Shown: one piece after another, positions 1-10,564 of the stretch | Position numbering within the stretch: the first letter of the stretch is position 1 | Layout: every line of letters begins with the position of its first letter | Assembly (NCBI GenBank): GCA_965140415.1 | Contig: OZ223209.1 | Coordinates: forward strand, 2,144,001 to 2,208,000 | From: Myxococcota bacterium | GTDB taxonomy: Bacteria > Myxococcota_A > SURF-8 | Direction of reading: 5' to 3' | Length of the DNA stretch: 64,000 bases | Notes under the pieces: model-generated | The model's input: the letters and a program-made list of their open reading frames with translations, nothing else | Told to the model about the DNA's origin: nothing | Databases searched by the model: none | Translations under genes and position numbers: made by a program

Positions 1-1461
1 ATCATTGTCTATCGCCTTATTCAGGAATACAGCCTTTAATTGTTCACCAAGTTTAGCATGTGAAAGAAGGTTTAAGTTGGTATAATATGTTGGATGAGTG
101 ATTTCAACATTGTCTATGGATTCCAGCAAACGATCTACAATCTTTTCTTTTTCATCGTCTGAAAATACTTTCGGATCAATTCGAATAAGGACATCAGGAT
201 TGTTGGCTATGATATCATTACGTAAATCAGGTAAAAAATTCGCTAACCATGTTGCAACGTGGCTTAATTGAGGAATAATTTTACCTGAATTGTGAAACAA
301 CAGACCTTGAAGTTGTTTGTTAGGAATTTTCTCTTCTTTGCAATGCCATGCTGCAAGAAATTCAGCGTATATCCTGTGTGACCAGACAAAGCGATTTTGT
401 CCAAAAGATGTGAACAGAGGAGTGTCAAGAACCTCTATGTATTGCCGAATTCTTTCCTCATTGTTCTCAACAATTTCTAGTTCAATAAGTTCATTGAGTG
501 AAAAATCGAAATCTTTTAATTGTTGGATATTATTACCAAGCGAAACAGTATTCTTACCTGAAAAAAGCATTATGGCTGCAATATTTGCAGCCATCTTCAT
601 TCTTTTTTCGGGTGAAACTTTCCCGGAATGTCCACTGCTAATTCTGCTATCATTCTGTTCTTTACAGAAGTTTATGATCTGACTTTCAAACAATTCCTGT
701 CGACTGTCGGGTATCTGGCCATTTATTTTGTAATGCTGAATCAAAGAAACTAACTTAAATGGTGTGTTTGCGAAAGCTATCGCATCTTTAGCTATGATTT
801 CGTCTAAAAACTTTATATCATCAAACCCTTCTTGCTTGGCAGCATGAAGCACATTTCTTGATTGGAGACTACCTAATTTGAATTTTGCGTATTGTTCAGG
901 ATCATCCAGTAATTCAGGAAAACTTTTATCAAAAATTGTAGGCCAGACCGCAGGACGACAAGCGATTCGTAAATAAAAGCGATTCCAGTCAATTTTATTA
1001 TTTCTCAGAAAATCGATTATAATCTGAGCGGCTTTATTCACATCAATCAATACTTCATCAAAACTATCTAGAAAAACATACAGAGAATGTGATCCATTGA
1101 CCCATTCGTTATAGTCTTGATTATCGAAAATTTCATTTTTCAGGTTTGTACGATCTTCAATTGAGTTAAGATCGATCAGTTTAATATAATCACCATTGTT
1201 TTTGTATATTGGTTCAATACGTTTGATTTCTTCTCTGATTGCATCTGTTTTTCCAGTTCCAGGTTCTCCAAGTAGTCCTAAAATCTTATAATGATTGATT
1301 TCTTGTATCGTTTTAAGCTTTGACTTAGCAGATTCAAACACACCAAATTCTGTTAGAAAACCACTGAAATTGTGTAAGTCAGATTCAAGATACTCAGACT
1401 TTCCTTCGTCTTCAATCCAATATCTTGTCCAATCATAATGCGTTTTGGTTATCATATCCAT
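1..1461 (-). CDS. STAND/NACHT-like P-loop NTPase, 5' part only (runs off the left edge)
   Basis: Manual translation from ATG at 1461 gives MDMITKTHYDWTRYW..., Walker A GEPGTGKT (about 1246-1269), Walker B-like LYVFLDSFDE and a downstream LRIACR motif. No stop seen in the parts I translated, so its absence from the ORF track is consistent with running off the edge. Confidence 0.8.
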   Translation of the reverse strand, partial: MDMITKTHYDWTRYWIEDEGKSEYLESDLHNFSGFLTEFGVFESAKSKLKTIQEINHYKILGLLGEPGTGKTDAIREEIKRIEPIYKNNGDYIKLIDLNSIEDRTNLKNEIFDNQDYNEWVNGSHSLYVFLDSFDEVLIDVNKAAQIIIDFLRNNKIDWNRFYLRIACRPAVWPTIFDKSFPELLDDPEQYAKFKLGSLQSRNVLHAAKQEGFDDIKFLDEIIAKDAIAFANTPFKLVSLIQHYKINGQIPDSRQELFESQIINFCKEQNDSRISSGHSGKVSPEKRMKMAANIAAIMLFSGKNTVSLGNNIQQLKDFDFSLNELIELEIVENNEERIRQYIEVLDTPLFTSFGQNRFVWSHRIYAEFLAAWHCKEEKIPNKQLQGLLFHNSGKIIPQLSHVATWLANFLPDLRNDIIANNPDVLIRIDPKVFSDDEKEKIVDRLLESIDNVEITHPTYYTNLNLLSHAKLGEQLKAVFLNKAIDND

Positions 1462-1529
1462 GCCCAACAATACATCACTTCATGAGAAAATATGTCTGTA
1501 TTTCAAATTCCACCCAGGAGATTTCCATG

Positions 1530-1610
1530 AATCATAACCCATGATGTTAAGGATTCCAAGATCGTTTTGATTTCCCAGAACGTTCTGGTTGGCCGTTCCA
1601 CAAAAACTGA
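1530..1610. repeat. Degenerate 81-bp direct repeat, copy 1 (copy 2 at 10565-10645); possible Sel1-repeat gene remnant
   Basis: Ungapped alignment to 10565-10645 gives about 62/81 identities by manual count; the minus strand reads ANQNVLGNQNDLGILNIMG. Confidence 0.7.
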
Positions 1611-1794
1611 TCAGGATTAATTGTAATTCAACAGTAATGGTTTAATAACAATCACTGGCAGCTGCATCTGTATAGAGTTATTTTACACTATAGTTAATAA
1701 AAAAACTCTTGACTTAGATAATGCTCCATACTAATTCTGATTAAGTATTCAGCCAATCCCTGCAATCCAGTTGATCCTTAACGAGGAGACTCAA

Positions 1795-4700
1795 ATGAAA
1801 TTCAAATACCAATTCCAAACCAATGCAATGTTACTTGTTGTTGTATTATTGGTGGTAACGGCTTGTAAAGTAACAATAGAAAAGCCAGATGGGGACACAT
1901 ATACCGCAGGTGAAGAAATACATTTCAAGGCAGAATACGATGGAACCGGCGAAATAAAATGGAAAAGCGAATATACTTCTCCTGAAGCAATAACACAGAC
2001 CATAGGTGATAGTGAATTTAAACAAGGGGTAAGAGAGACTGGCAAGGGATATCCCTGGGAATTCTATAAATCAGACCTTCCTATTGGGGTTCATAAAATT
2101 ACCGCATATAAAAACGATACAGACATGGCGGAAGTTACAATCACCATTCGCTCATTTTGTGATGTACCGGGGACTGATTGTTCTTCATTCGGTGATGGAT
2201 TATGCGTAGAAGGCGTTTGCAGTTATGAGGCTAATGCCTGTATCTCTAGATCATTACCTGATGGAACGAGTTGTGATGATGGTGATCCTGCTACCTATGG
2301 AGAACTATGTATAAGTGGAGAGTGCGCCGCTGAATATGGGATATTAAGTACTGACTTTCAGGATTTCGGTGTCGACTATATAAGCTCGGAAGCACGGAAA
2401 CCTTTTATTATGGATCAGGCAATATCGAAATTGAGTTTATATTCCGGAGAAATTATCGAAGATGAAAAGGAACTGCAATTAAAGGGGCGTGGAATAGATT
2501 TCTCAATTAAACGGTATTATCGTAGTGGTGTAATTCATAAGGAAAGCGCCGTTTTTGGAAATTGGGATGCAGAGTTTAACGAATATCTCATTTCATCTGA
2601 TCTTGGAAATGAAATGAGTTACTATAAGGGTACGGGCTTAATTTATGAGCTTAAGAAAGTCCAAAATCAACCTCGTACTTGGATTTCAACCAATGATGGA
2701 TTTTCAGGAATATTCCAGGAAAAATCAGGCGCTGTCTACAATGTGCCTAGTGGATGTACCGTTGCGTCTGTACGGCAATCTGGATTCGGGCAAATCGTAA
2801 ATGGTATCTGGTTACGGGAAGCAGATGGAACAAGGAAGTTCTTTATACCTACAGAAACCTATTATGGAGAACAACATAATGGAAATATTTATCGGTTAGC
2901 AAAAACAATCGATATAGATGGGAACGCAATATCTTATTATTACCAAAATGTGACAGATAGCGACAGAAAAAGGGTTTGGTGTATTGTAGATACGATGCTG
3001 CGTCCGATTTCTGTTGAATATGAAAATGAGTATTCAAGGAACATATCGAAAATCGAATACTTCGATGGGCGTACTGCCAAATATTTGTACAATGATAACG
3101 GTCAATTAGCTACTGTCCAACTTCAAGAACCCACAGACAATACTGGCCAGCAATTCTTTAATTACCTTGTCTATACTTATCATGTGAATGAGGCCAATAA
3201 TCCTTTGGCCAGCATTCAGACTAGTGATGATATTGAGGCGGGGCGAGAGGCTAGCCAAACCTTTGAATATGATGAAAACTACCGACTTTCCACCTGGAAC
3301 GTTAGAGATTCATATGAACAAGTTGGAACTTACACGTTGACCTATGAAAAAGCATACGTCTCAGATTTGCAAGACCGAGATGCTTTACACAATCAAACAA
3401 CACAAATAGATCCATCTGGAGTTACAACGACATTTAGGTTCAATAAAGATGGTCTTATGAGAGAAAGGCAAATTTTCGATGATTTGCATGTAGGTGCTAA
3501 TGATTCAGCCTTTTCCGTTACAGAAAGCGTTGAATTCCGGTACTTTTGGGACAATGAAGGCAATTTAGTAGAAGGTATAAAGCCGGAAGGGAACTCTGTT
3601 GTTTACGAATATACAAACGCCGCAGGAGTGTATAGTGAACAAGATCGGATAGATGAATATTGGATCCAGAATTGGCAAAAACGCTACCATATTCACAATA
3701 TTACACAGAAAACAGAGAAAGCAGGGCCGCGTGGAGATGGTTTTGGCGGTTATGCCACAGACAAAGTAACAAGATATTATTACGAACCCATTGCCAACAA
3801 GCTGTACAAAAAAGTGGATCCAATGGGCCAAGTGAGAAAAACAATATTCGATTATCAGGAGAGTTCCGAAGGAGACGTTCGCAACCATTTTGAAGATCCG
3901 ATTATTATGAATCAAACTCCAAGTGTTAGCCTGGTATTTCCTGAAAGCATGGAATTTGGTTTGGGAGATATTAACCACAATGATGAACTCGATCCAATGC
4001 GGGCTCATGCCATCAAGATTCAGATGGGCATTATTGAGCAGGATGATGGTTCCAGCCAAGATGTATCCAAGGAAATGGAATATGATTTCCATGGTCGCGT
4101 CATAAAAATGTACGATGAAATCGGGGTGCTTACCGAATATAGCTATGGCAAATTACCAATTAGCGATAATGCATCAACACTGGGGCAAGGGTATCTCGCT
4201 GAAGTATTGATCGACGCAAATTATCTTGAAAGAGCGCTACCTTTTGAGGCTCTACATGAAAGAACTTCATATGAAGTTAATGATTCAGGCATAGTTGTAA
4301 AAGAAGTCAAACCAGATGATTCTGTGAAACGGTATTATTTCAATTCTTGGACACTGAATAATAATTTATGTGTCTATGAATTCACACCGCTTACTGGAGG
4401 AAAAGGATTCTATTCCTATGAAAACTACGAATATTCTAGGATGGGTCGATTGGTACGTAGTTCCAAGTATGTAGGGGGAATCAACAGCCACGAAGTTGGG
4501 GATTATCTTGTAGCGAGTTATTCCTATGACAGCATGGGGCGAAAAACAAGACAATGTAAGTCGGTGACCGAAAGCATCAAGGCTTGCAATAATTATGAAT
4601 ATGATGCGCTTGGGAGAAAAATACAAACGGAAACACCGGAAGGTGTCGTAACGAACTACATCTATAACAGCTTTGGAAAACTGTACAAAACAGAACGTGG

Positions 4701-7700
4701 TTCAGGCAACAGCTTAATTCGTGTTATGCGCTACTATGACAGTAACGGCAACATGACTTCAAGACGAGAAGATGTAGATAACAACAACGACGGTATGCCT
4801 GATGGTCCAGTGTTTGTATTTGATGGATTTGATCGTTTAGTACAAAAACAGTTCGAAGATGGGACTGCATACCGCCGTCGATATAACAAATTGGATAAAA
4901 TGACGCTGGAAAGATATGTGTCGGATGACAATTCGAGTCTATCCCGAGTACGGTACGAGTATGATAGCTTTAGCCGCCGAACCAAAGTTTTAGCGGATGT
5001 ATATGATTTGGAGGGAGGAACCGGCTTGATCGACACGCTGGAATGGAAATACGGGTATGATGCAACAAGTCGAATTCTGCGTGAGGTTTCACCATCCGGC
5101 GATTATACAAGGTGTGATTATGATGGTGCGGGTCGCATAGCGGCTTGTTTTGACTCTGAAGGTAATCGAATCGAGTATTTCCGTAATGAAATTGGACGGG
5201 CCGAGGCAATTGAAATTACCAATATTACCGATCCGGAGGTTACGGAAGCTGAAACAAGAAGCTATCGCTGGGAATATTCGTACAATGCTTTGGGAAAAAT
5301 CACGGAACGCAGACGCGTCGATACCGCAGACAATGATAATTTCCTACTTGAAGAATATGAGTATGACAATCTAGGTAGATTAGAAACCTATACGAATGCA
5401 GACAGACATACCACTTTTTACTATCGCGATTTGCTTGGACATTTACTTCGAGTAAAGAAACCCGTCCTGGCTGATGAAAACAATCCCGATGGTTATGTCA
5501 TGATGTGTACGGATTACGATCTGGACGGTAACGTTGTTGCGAAATATCCGGATGGCAATATCGGTTGTGCTCCAGATCCAAATATCGAATACACCTATAC
5601 GGAAACTGGCCAGTTGTATGAAGCCATTTATCCGGATGGAAGTTTCACCAGAAGATCCTACAACAAGGGAAATCAGCTAGCTCAATTCATCGACCGGAAT
5701 GGATCCATTATATCCAACAGTTATGATGCTCGCGAACGATTAACAGGCAGATCTGTCACACGTGGTGTTAATGTTGTGGGTACGACCGAAGAATCATTCG
5801 TTTACGATGGATTAGGTTTTCTTACAAGGGCCATTACCAACAACGATCCCGAAACAAATGATGACGATGTGGTTGTTAATATGGAGTACGATTCTCTTGG
5901 TCGTCTCTTGCATGATAACGTGAATGGCGATGTAACAGCCTATGAATACTCGGGTGAGTTCATGAACCGGGTCACCTATCCTTCCGGTAGAGTACTGGAT
6001 CTTGGAAGGGATCAAAAAGGTAGGATAAAATCCCTACAATTCGCAGCGGAAATGAATCCTGTTGCACGTTTTGACTGGCTTGATGGTTCCTATTGGGCGG
6101 GGCAATTTGGAAACGGAACGGAAGATGCCGTAGACTATGACGAGTTTGGACGCCTCAATCGTCTCTCTGCGTGGGATGGTGAAGGATCTAGTCTTTTAGA
6201 TTTCAGCATTTTGCGAAACGGAATGAATCGCCCGACAGAACGGATCGACTATTTGCTTAGTACCTCGGAGCAATCTGTCGGTGACCAGTTCAATTTGGAT
6301 GAACTCAATCGAATCAGGGGCGTCAAACATAACATAGCGCTGGATACCCCTGCTGCCCTGCCGGAATGGGGAGAAGAGTATGGGTATGATGGAAGAAACA
6401 ACATTGTTGAACAGAATATCAATGGGGTTGAGTACGAATTTTCCGTAAACACCCTTGATCAATACATATCCCGGATCAATCGAAACACTGGGGAGCAAAT
6501 CTCCTACTCTTACGATGATGCAGGCAATCTGATAGGAAAACAGGGGGCGAGTGAGAATGAATTGTTCTCATTCAACTTCCGAAACCAAATCAACTATTAC
6601 TCAAAAACATCCGAGAACTTAGATGTCAAATACATCTATGATGCGTTAGGAAGAAAACGTTCCAGAATCGCTGCCTCTAACATGGGGAACGTTGATGAAA
6701 GCATTAGTGAAACCATCTATCGGTACCTGAAATGGGAAATTGTCGAAGAGGAAACGAATCGGGATGGCTCGTTTTCAGAGGGGCGTATCTTTATTCCTGG
6801 TACGAGCATTGACAGTGTCCTGCGTATGGACGTGCTGGATGGCAGTATGCTCGATCAAGAATATGAGAGCTATTACTATCACTATGATCAGAGTGGCAAT
6901 GTCCATTCTCTGACGGATCAATCCGGTGAGATCGTTGAAACCTATGACTACACAGCATATGGTTTAGCGACTCTGAATTTGACGCCCGGCAAGACTAGTC
7001 CCGGAAATAATATCATGTTCAAGGGTATGCGCTACGATCCGTACATGAGTTTGTATGATAGTCGCCTACGGTGGTACGATCCGAGCATAGGACGCTTCAC
7101 GTCGGTTGACCCCATTGGGATTTGGGGAGATACAAGCAACCATGGAAACGGATATGGTTTCTTAGGACTGAATACATACTATGGTTCCGATCCTTTTGGG
7201 CTAATGGGAAGCATTTATTCTGATGTGTGGTCTCCAGAAGACTGTAGAGAGAATCGAAATATACACGGAAGGATGGGAGCTGGTGAGAATGCAGGAGGAA
7301 CAGGAGGAGCAGCAGTTCCCGATGTGCTCATGATATTTATGTACAATAACTGTGGTCATAGAGATGACGCATCGACTGGAGATGAGAATATAGGGGATGG
7401 TGGATATACTGGGATTACAGAGGATGGTGCAGGTTATACTGGTGATGCAAGTGGTGATTATGATGAAGATAATGACGATAATGACGATAATGACGATGAT
7501 GATGATGATGATGATGAAAGTAACGATCCAGATGATGAGAACGAAGAATGCGAAGATGGTAACTGTCCAGATGAGGAATCAGAAGAAGCTGACGAGCAAG
7601 AAACCGATGGAGGGGAAGGCTATCCCGCTGATCCAACCGAAGAGAATGTCAGTAACTTTGATTTAGCAAAGTTAATGCGGGCGCTATTTGGCGAAAGTGA

Positions 7701-7971
7701 TGAAGAAGGAAGTTGGCAGGATGGAGAAATAAGCGATAGCGATGGGATTCGTGTTGATTTTCATGGTGTTATCAATCCCCCGAAATCGTCCGATGATGAA
7801 GATAGTGGGTTTTATTTCGAGGCCGATGACACAGGGCATGTGTGGATAATCTGGAACACGATGAATGAGGATGTTGGACCTTTTGATGATCTTACAACAG
7901 CTGAAAAGATCATTTTATCAGGCTTCAACGGTGGAGAGTTGGGGCCACGTCCCGAACTCATTTCAAATTAA
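1795..7971 (+). CDS. RHS/YD-repeat protein with lipoprotein signal, Ig-like and Cys-rich N-terminus and acidic C-terminal extension
   Basis: RBS GAGGAG before ATG 1795; lipobox VTAC; many YD/YDxxGR repeats; RHS core end RWYDPSIGRFTSVDPIG...DPFGL; D/E-rich tail. Confidence 0.92.
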   Translation: MKFKYQFQTNAMLLVVVLLVVTACKVTIEKPDGDTYTAGEEIHFKAEYDGTGEIKWKSEYTSPEAITQTIGDSEFKQGVRETGKGYPWEFYKSDLPIGVHKITAYKNDTDMAEVTITIRSFCDVPGTDCSSFGDGLCVEGVCSYEANACISRSLPDGTSCDDGDPATYGELCISGECAAEYGILSTDFQDFGVDYISSEARKPFIMDQAISKLSLYSGEIIEDEKELQLKGRGIDFSIKRYYRSGVIHKESAVFGNWDAEFNEYLISSDLGNEMSYYKGTGLIYELKKVQNQPRTWISTNDGFSGIFQEKSGAVYNVPSGCTVASVRQSGFGQIVNGIWLREADGTRKFFIPTETYYGEQHNGNIYRLAKTIDIDGNAISYYYQNVTDSDRKRVWCIVDTMLRPISVEYENEYSRNISKIEYFDGRTAKYLYNDNGQLATVQLQEPTDNTGQQFFNYLVYTYHVNEANNPLASIQTSDDIEAGREASQTFEYDENYRLSTWNVRDSYEQVGTYTLTYEKAYVSDLQDRDALHNQTTQIDPSGVTTTFRFNKDGLMRERQIFDDLHVGANDSAFSVTESVEFRYFWDNEGNLVEGIKPEGNSVVYEYTNAAGVYSEQDRIDEYWIQNWQKRYHIHNITQKTEKAGPRGDGFGGYATDKVTRYYYEPIANKLYKKVDPMGQVRKTIFDYQESSEGDVRNHFEDPIIMNQTPSVSLVFPESMEFGLGDINHNDELDPMRAHAIKIQMGIIEQDDGSSQDVSKEMEYDFHGRVIKMYDEIGVLTEYSYGKLPISDNASTLGQGYLAEVLIDANYLERALPFEALHERTSYEVNDSGIVVKEVKPDDSVKRYYFNSWTLNNNLCVYEFTPLTGGKGFYSYENYEYSRMGRLVRSSKYVGGINSHEVGDYLVASYSYDSMGRKTRQCKSVTESIKACNNYEYDALGRKIQTETPEGVVTNYIYNSFGKLYKTERGSGNSLIRVMRYYDSNGNMTSRREDVDNNNDGMPDGPVFVFDGFDRLVQKQFEDGTAYRRRYNKLDKMTLERYVSDDNSSLSRVRYEYDSFSRRTKVLADVYDLEGGTGLIDTLEWKYGYDATSRILREVSPSGDYTRCDYDGAGRIAACFDSEGNRIEYFRNEIGRAEAIEITNITDPEVTEAETRSYRWEYSYNALGKITERRRVDTADNDNFLLEEYEYDNLGRLETYTNADRHTTFYYRDLLGHLLRVKKPVLADENNPDGYVMMCTDYDLDGNVVAKYPDGNIGCAPDPNIEYTYTETGQLYEAIYPDGSFTRRSYNKGNQLAQFIDRNGSIISNSYDARERLTGRSVTRGVNVVGTTEESFVYDGLGFLTRAITNNDPETNDDDVVVNMEYDSLGRLLHDNVNGDVTAYEYSGEFMNRVTYPSGRVLDLGRDQKGRIKSLQFAAEMNPVARFDWLDGSYWAGQFGNGTEDAVDYDEFGRLNRLSAWDGEGSSLLDFSILRNGMNRPTERIDYLLSTSEQSVGDQFNLDELNRIRGVKHNIALDTPAALPEWGEEYGYDGRNNIVEQNINGVEYEFSVNTLDQYISRINRNTGEQISYSYDDAGNLIGKQGASENELFSFNFRNQINYYSKTSENLDVKYIYDALGRKRSRIAASNMGNVDESISETIYRYLKWEIVEEETNRDGSFSEGRIFIPGTSIDSVLRMDVLDGSMLDQEYESYYYHYDQSGNVHSLTDQSGEIVETYDYTAYGLATLNLTPGKTSPGNNIMFKGMRYDPYMSLYDSRLRWYDPSIGRFTSVDPIGIWGDTSNHGNGYGFLGLNTYYGSDPFGLMGSIYSDVWSPEDCRENRNIHGRMGAGENAGGTGGAAVPDVLMIFMYNNCGHRDDASTGDENIGDGGYTGITEDGAGYTGDASGDYDEDNDDNDDNDDDDDDDDESNDPDDENEECEDGNCPDEESEEADEQETDGGEGYPADPTEENVSNFDLAKLMRALFGESDEEGSWQDGEISDSDGIRVDFHGVINPPKSSDDEDSGFYFEADDTGHVWIIWNTMNEDVGPFDDLTTAEKIILSGFNGGELGPRPELISN
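7457..7520 (+). repeat. GAT/GAC/AAT low-complexity tract encoding poly-Asp/Asn in the RHS tail
   Basis: gatgatgatgat... run visible directly. Confidence 0.8.
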
Positions 7972-8079
7972 ATGGTGGCGCATGGTGAAACAATTAACTA
8001 TACTGCTGGTAGATTGACGCAGAAGAGGTGTGATACAAGGACTTGGAAATCGTGTCCATATTCCAAGAAGGTGATTTCA

Positions 8080-8970
8080 ATGAAAGCGTTTCTGATCCTG
8101 TGTTCCCTGTGGATTATGCTGTTTGCATCTGGTTGTCCGTCCTCCGATTCCGATCCTGTAAATGGTGATCAGGATATTTCTTCAACGGAAATGGATCGCG
8201 AGCAGGAACTCCAGCCGGGCGATAACGATACGGATCAACTCCCGGTCGATGGCGATTTGGACGTGGATGAACGTGATCAAGCTGATGAAGATCTCGATCT
8301 CATAGCCGATGGCGATCTGACCGAAACGGAGCAAGTGGAATTGGATGCGGATGTGTCTGTTGATGGTGATAAGATCGAATACGACCTCGATACGTCGGAA
8401 ATAGACTCCTCCGACTCGCTGGAACCTGATAGTGAGGGAGATGGAGACGGAGACGGAGACGGGGACACGGAGAGCATTGCCGATGGGGATTCAGAAGAAG
8501 TGGAAGACGATTCAGATCTTATGGAAACCGATTCGGAGGAGGAACTAGGGTGTATCCGCGGTGAAGAATGGTGTAGCTGTTTACCGAATGATGAATGTTT
8601 GGACGAGGAAAACATATGTAGGGATGGAATTTGTGAATACTGTGCTCCTGGTCATCATTATTGCCCTTGTCGTAGCGAATGGTGTCTTTATGACCGAATT
8701 TGCTACGAAGGTATTTGCTTAGATGAGAGCGAAATCGATGGCGATGAAGAAATCGTTTGTCCTGGAGGCATGAATTGTCCCTGCTATCCGGATGAGACCT
8801 GTCAGGAAGGGTTGGAGTGTCGATTGGGCACAATATGTCTGGAGGAGTGCTGGCCTGATCATCTTGGAACCTATGGCTGCATGTGTGCAGGAAATTTCTG
8901 TTACGATGTCGAAACTACCTGTGTAAACGACATCTGTATTCCCAAAGCCTGGGTGGATGGGGATCAATAA
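8080..8970 (+). CDS. Lipoprotein with acidic DGD-rich linker and Cys-rich C-terminal repeats
   Basis: Start reassigned to ATG 8080 (AAGGTG upstream); signal peptide ending FASGC; DGD motifs; repeated CxC-x4-C-x5-C-x4-C units. Confidence 0.8.
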   Translation: MKAFLILCSLWIMLFASGCPSSDSDPVNGDQDISSTEMDREQELQPGDNDTDQLPVDGDLDVDERDQADEDLDLIADGDLTETEQVELDADVSVDGDKIEYDLDTSEIDSSDSLEPDSEGDGDGDGDGDTESIADGDSEEVEDDSDLMETDSEEELGCIRGEEWCSCLPNDECLDEENICRDGICEYCAPGHHYCPCRSEWCLYDRICYEGICLDESEIDGDEEIVCPGGMNCPCYPDETCQEGLECRLGTICLEECWPDHLGTYGCMCAGNFCYDVETTCVNDICIPKAWVDGDQ

Positions 8971-10380
8971 ATGCCGGTGGACGAAACACACATGCAGGAG
9001 GAAAGCGCTTCTCTCCCTTCACCTAAACGCGGTTACTGGGCAGGATGGAAAACAATAAAGGAAACAAACCGCTCTCTCTGGTTGTTTATTCTATTGTTGT
9101 CTGTAAATGAGATCGCCGTTCAATCTATCAAGCAACTTTATCTAATACCGGAATTGAAGGGATTTAACTTATCTAGTCAGAGTTTACTTTCAGGAAATAT
9201 TCTCCTTTTTTTCAATCTGATTTTTATCGTAGCATTGGGAACAATCGCAGATTGGCTGGGTATACGGCGTGCTATGATAGTTGCCGTATCTGGATTATTA
9301 CTACTTCGGTCTACTTTACTCGCTTGTTGGTTAATCAGTGACCAAGAACTTTGGATGCTTTCATTCGAAACTATCTACTACCTTTCGATCCCATTTATGG
9401 CGTTGATCGTTATTGTAGAAAAGCAGGCAATCCGGAGATATACAACGCCAAGAAGTCGTCCTCAAGTATTGCCTATACAGTATGTGATTGTAGCCGTTCT
9501 TGGTGCGGGAGGAACCGTTGCAATAATTCCTGCTATTTCTTCAGCGACCGCTATTTGTAGTGTTTCGGCTAAGCTGGTCGTTGCTATCTTGGCAAATGCA
9601 ATTGTATTGATTCTATGCTATTTCTACTTAAGGGCTGAATTGCAGCTTAAGGTGGAGAATGGTCAAAGAAATGCAATACCCACAACAATTGCAAAAAGTC
9701 CGTTTGCCGGCTGGATCGAACTTCTTAAAAATGTAGATATTCATCGCGCATTCCTACTTACACTGATCACGATTCCTCTTGGAGGATATGCTATTGCTGG
9801 CAACACACTACTGAGCCAATATAGCCAGACGGGAGAATGGTTAACCGATCAACAAACGGGCCTGATTCTGGGCATCTATGGTGTGGGTTATATTGTTGCG
9901 TTGTTGTTTGTACCTGTAATGGGAAAGATTGATATTGGACGTATGATGCGTTGGTCAGCCCTATTGATCATCATTGGTTTACTAATACTGTTTATTCCAG
10001 TAGGCAATTCATCAAGTCTAAATACGAAAATGATTGTTGGCCTTGGCATTGTTGGAAGTGCTCATTTACTTCTCAGCATCCGCCTTTTCGAATATTGCAT
10101 TTCTGCTGTTGTCCCTGGCCGAGAAGGTAGTATGGCTTCAATTGTAGGTGTTGCTTGGCTGGCCAGTCCTGTTTTTCATTCCATTTTAGAGAACAGTATT
10201 GAGAATTCACAAAATGAGGAATGGCTGCAAACACTAATGCATTCAATTGGCGGATTCGGACCACCTATTCACATACTATGGCTTTTCATTTTGATTCCTG
10301 CACTAATTAGCGCGGCAATCATTTGGATATTCAGAAGTTGGTTCTTTGATAAACCTTCATGGGTAAAAAACTCAGTATAA
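8971..10380 (+). CDS. MFS transporter (possibly POT/peptide-like)
   Basis: About 12 hydrophobic segments; motif A-like GTIADWLGIRR. Confidence 0.75.
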   Translation: MPVDETHMQEESASLPSPKRGYWAGWKTIKETNRSLWLFILLLSVNEIAVQSIKQLYLIPELKGFNLSSQSLLSGNILLFFNLIFIVALGTIADWLGIRRAMIVAVSGLLLLRSTLLACWLISDQELWMLSFETIYYLSIPFMALIVIVEKQAIRRYTTPRSRPQVLPIQYVIVAVLGAGGTVAIIPAISSATAICSVSAKLVVAILANAIVLILCYFYLRAELQLKVENGQRNAIPTTIAKSPFAGWIELLKNVDIHRAFLLTLITIPLGGYAIAGNTLLSQYSQTGEWLTDQQTGLILGIYGVGYIVALLFVPVMGKIDIGRMMRWSALLIIIGLLILFIPVGNSSSLNTKMIVGLGIVGSAHLLLSIRLFEYCISAVVPGREGSMASIVGVAWLASPVFHSILENSIENSQNEEWLQTLMHSIGGFGPPIHILWLFILIPALISAAIIWIFRSWFFDKPSWVKNSV

Positions 10381-10564
10381 CCCATTTTCACCTTGAATAA
10401 TCAGCGACTACCCGTTATGCCGATGGTCACTGATTATATGAAATGGCTGTTTGAAACACAGGCAAGTTAGATTCGAATGTCATTCTGGTGAAACTGCCTA
10501 TGCAGTGAGTTCTACTTTAGAAGCGAATGAGTCTTTCCTGTTTTCAGGTCAGGAAATTTTCGAA

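Noticed and set aside
317-682. 121-aa plus-strand ORF in the track
   Set aside because: Antisense shadow of the minus-strand NACHT-like gene
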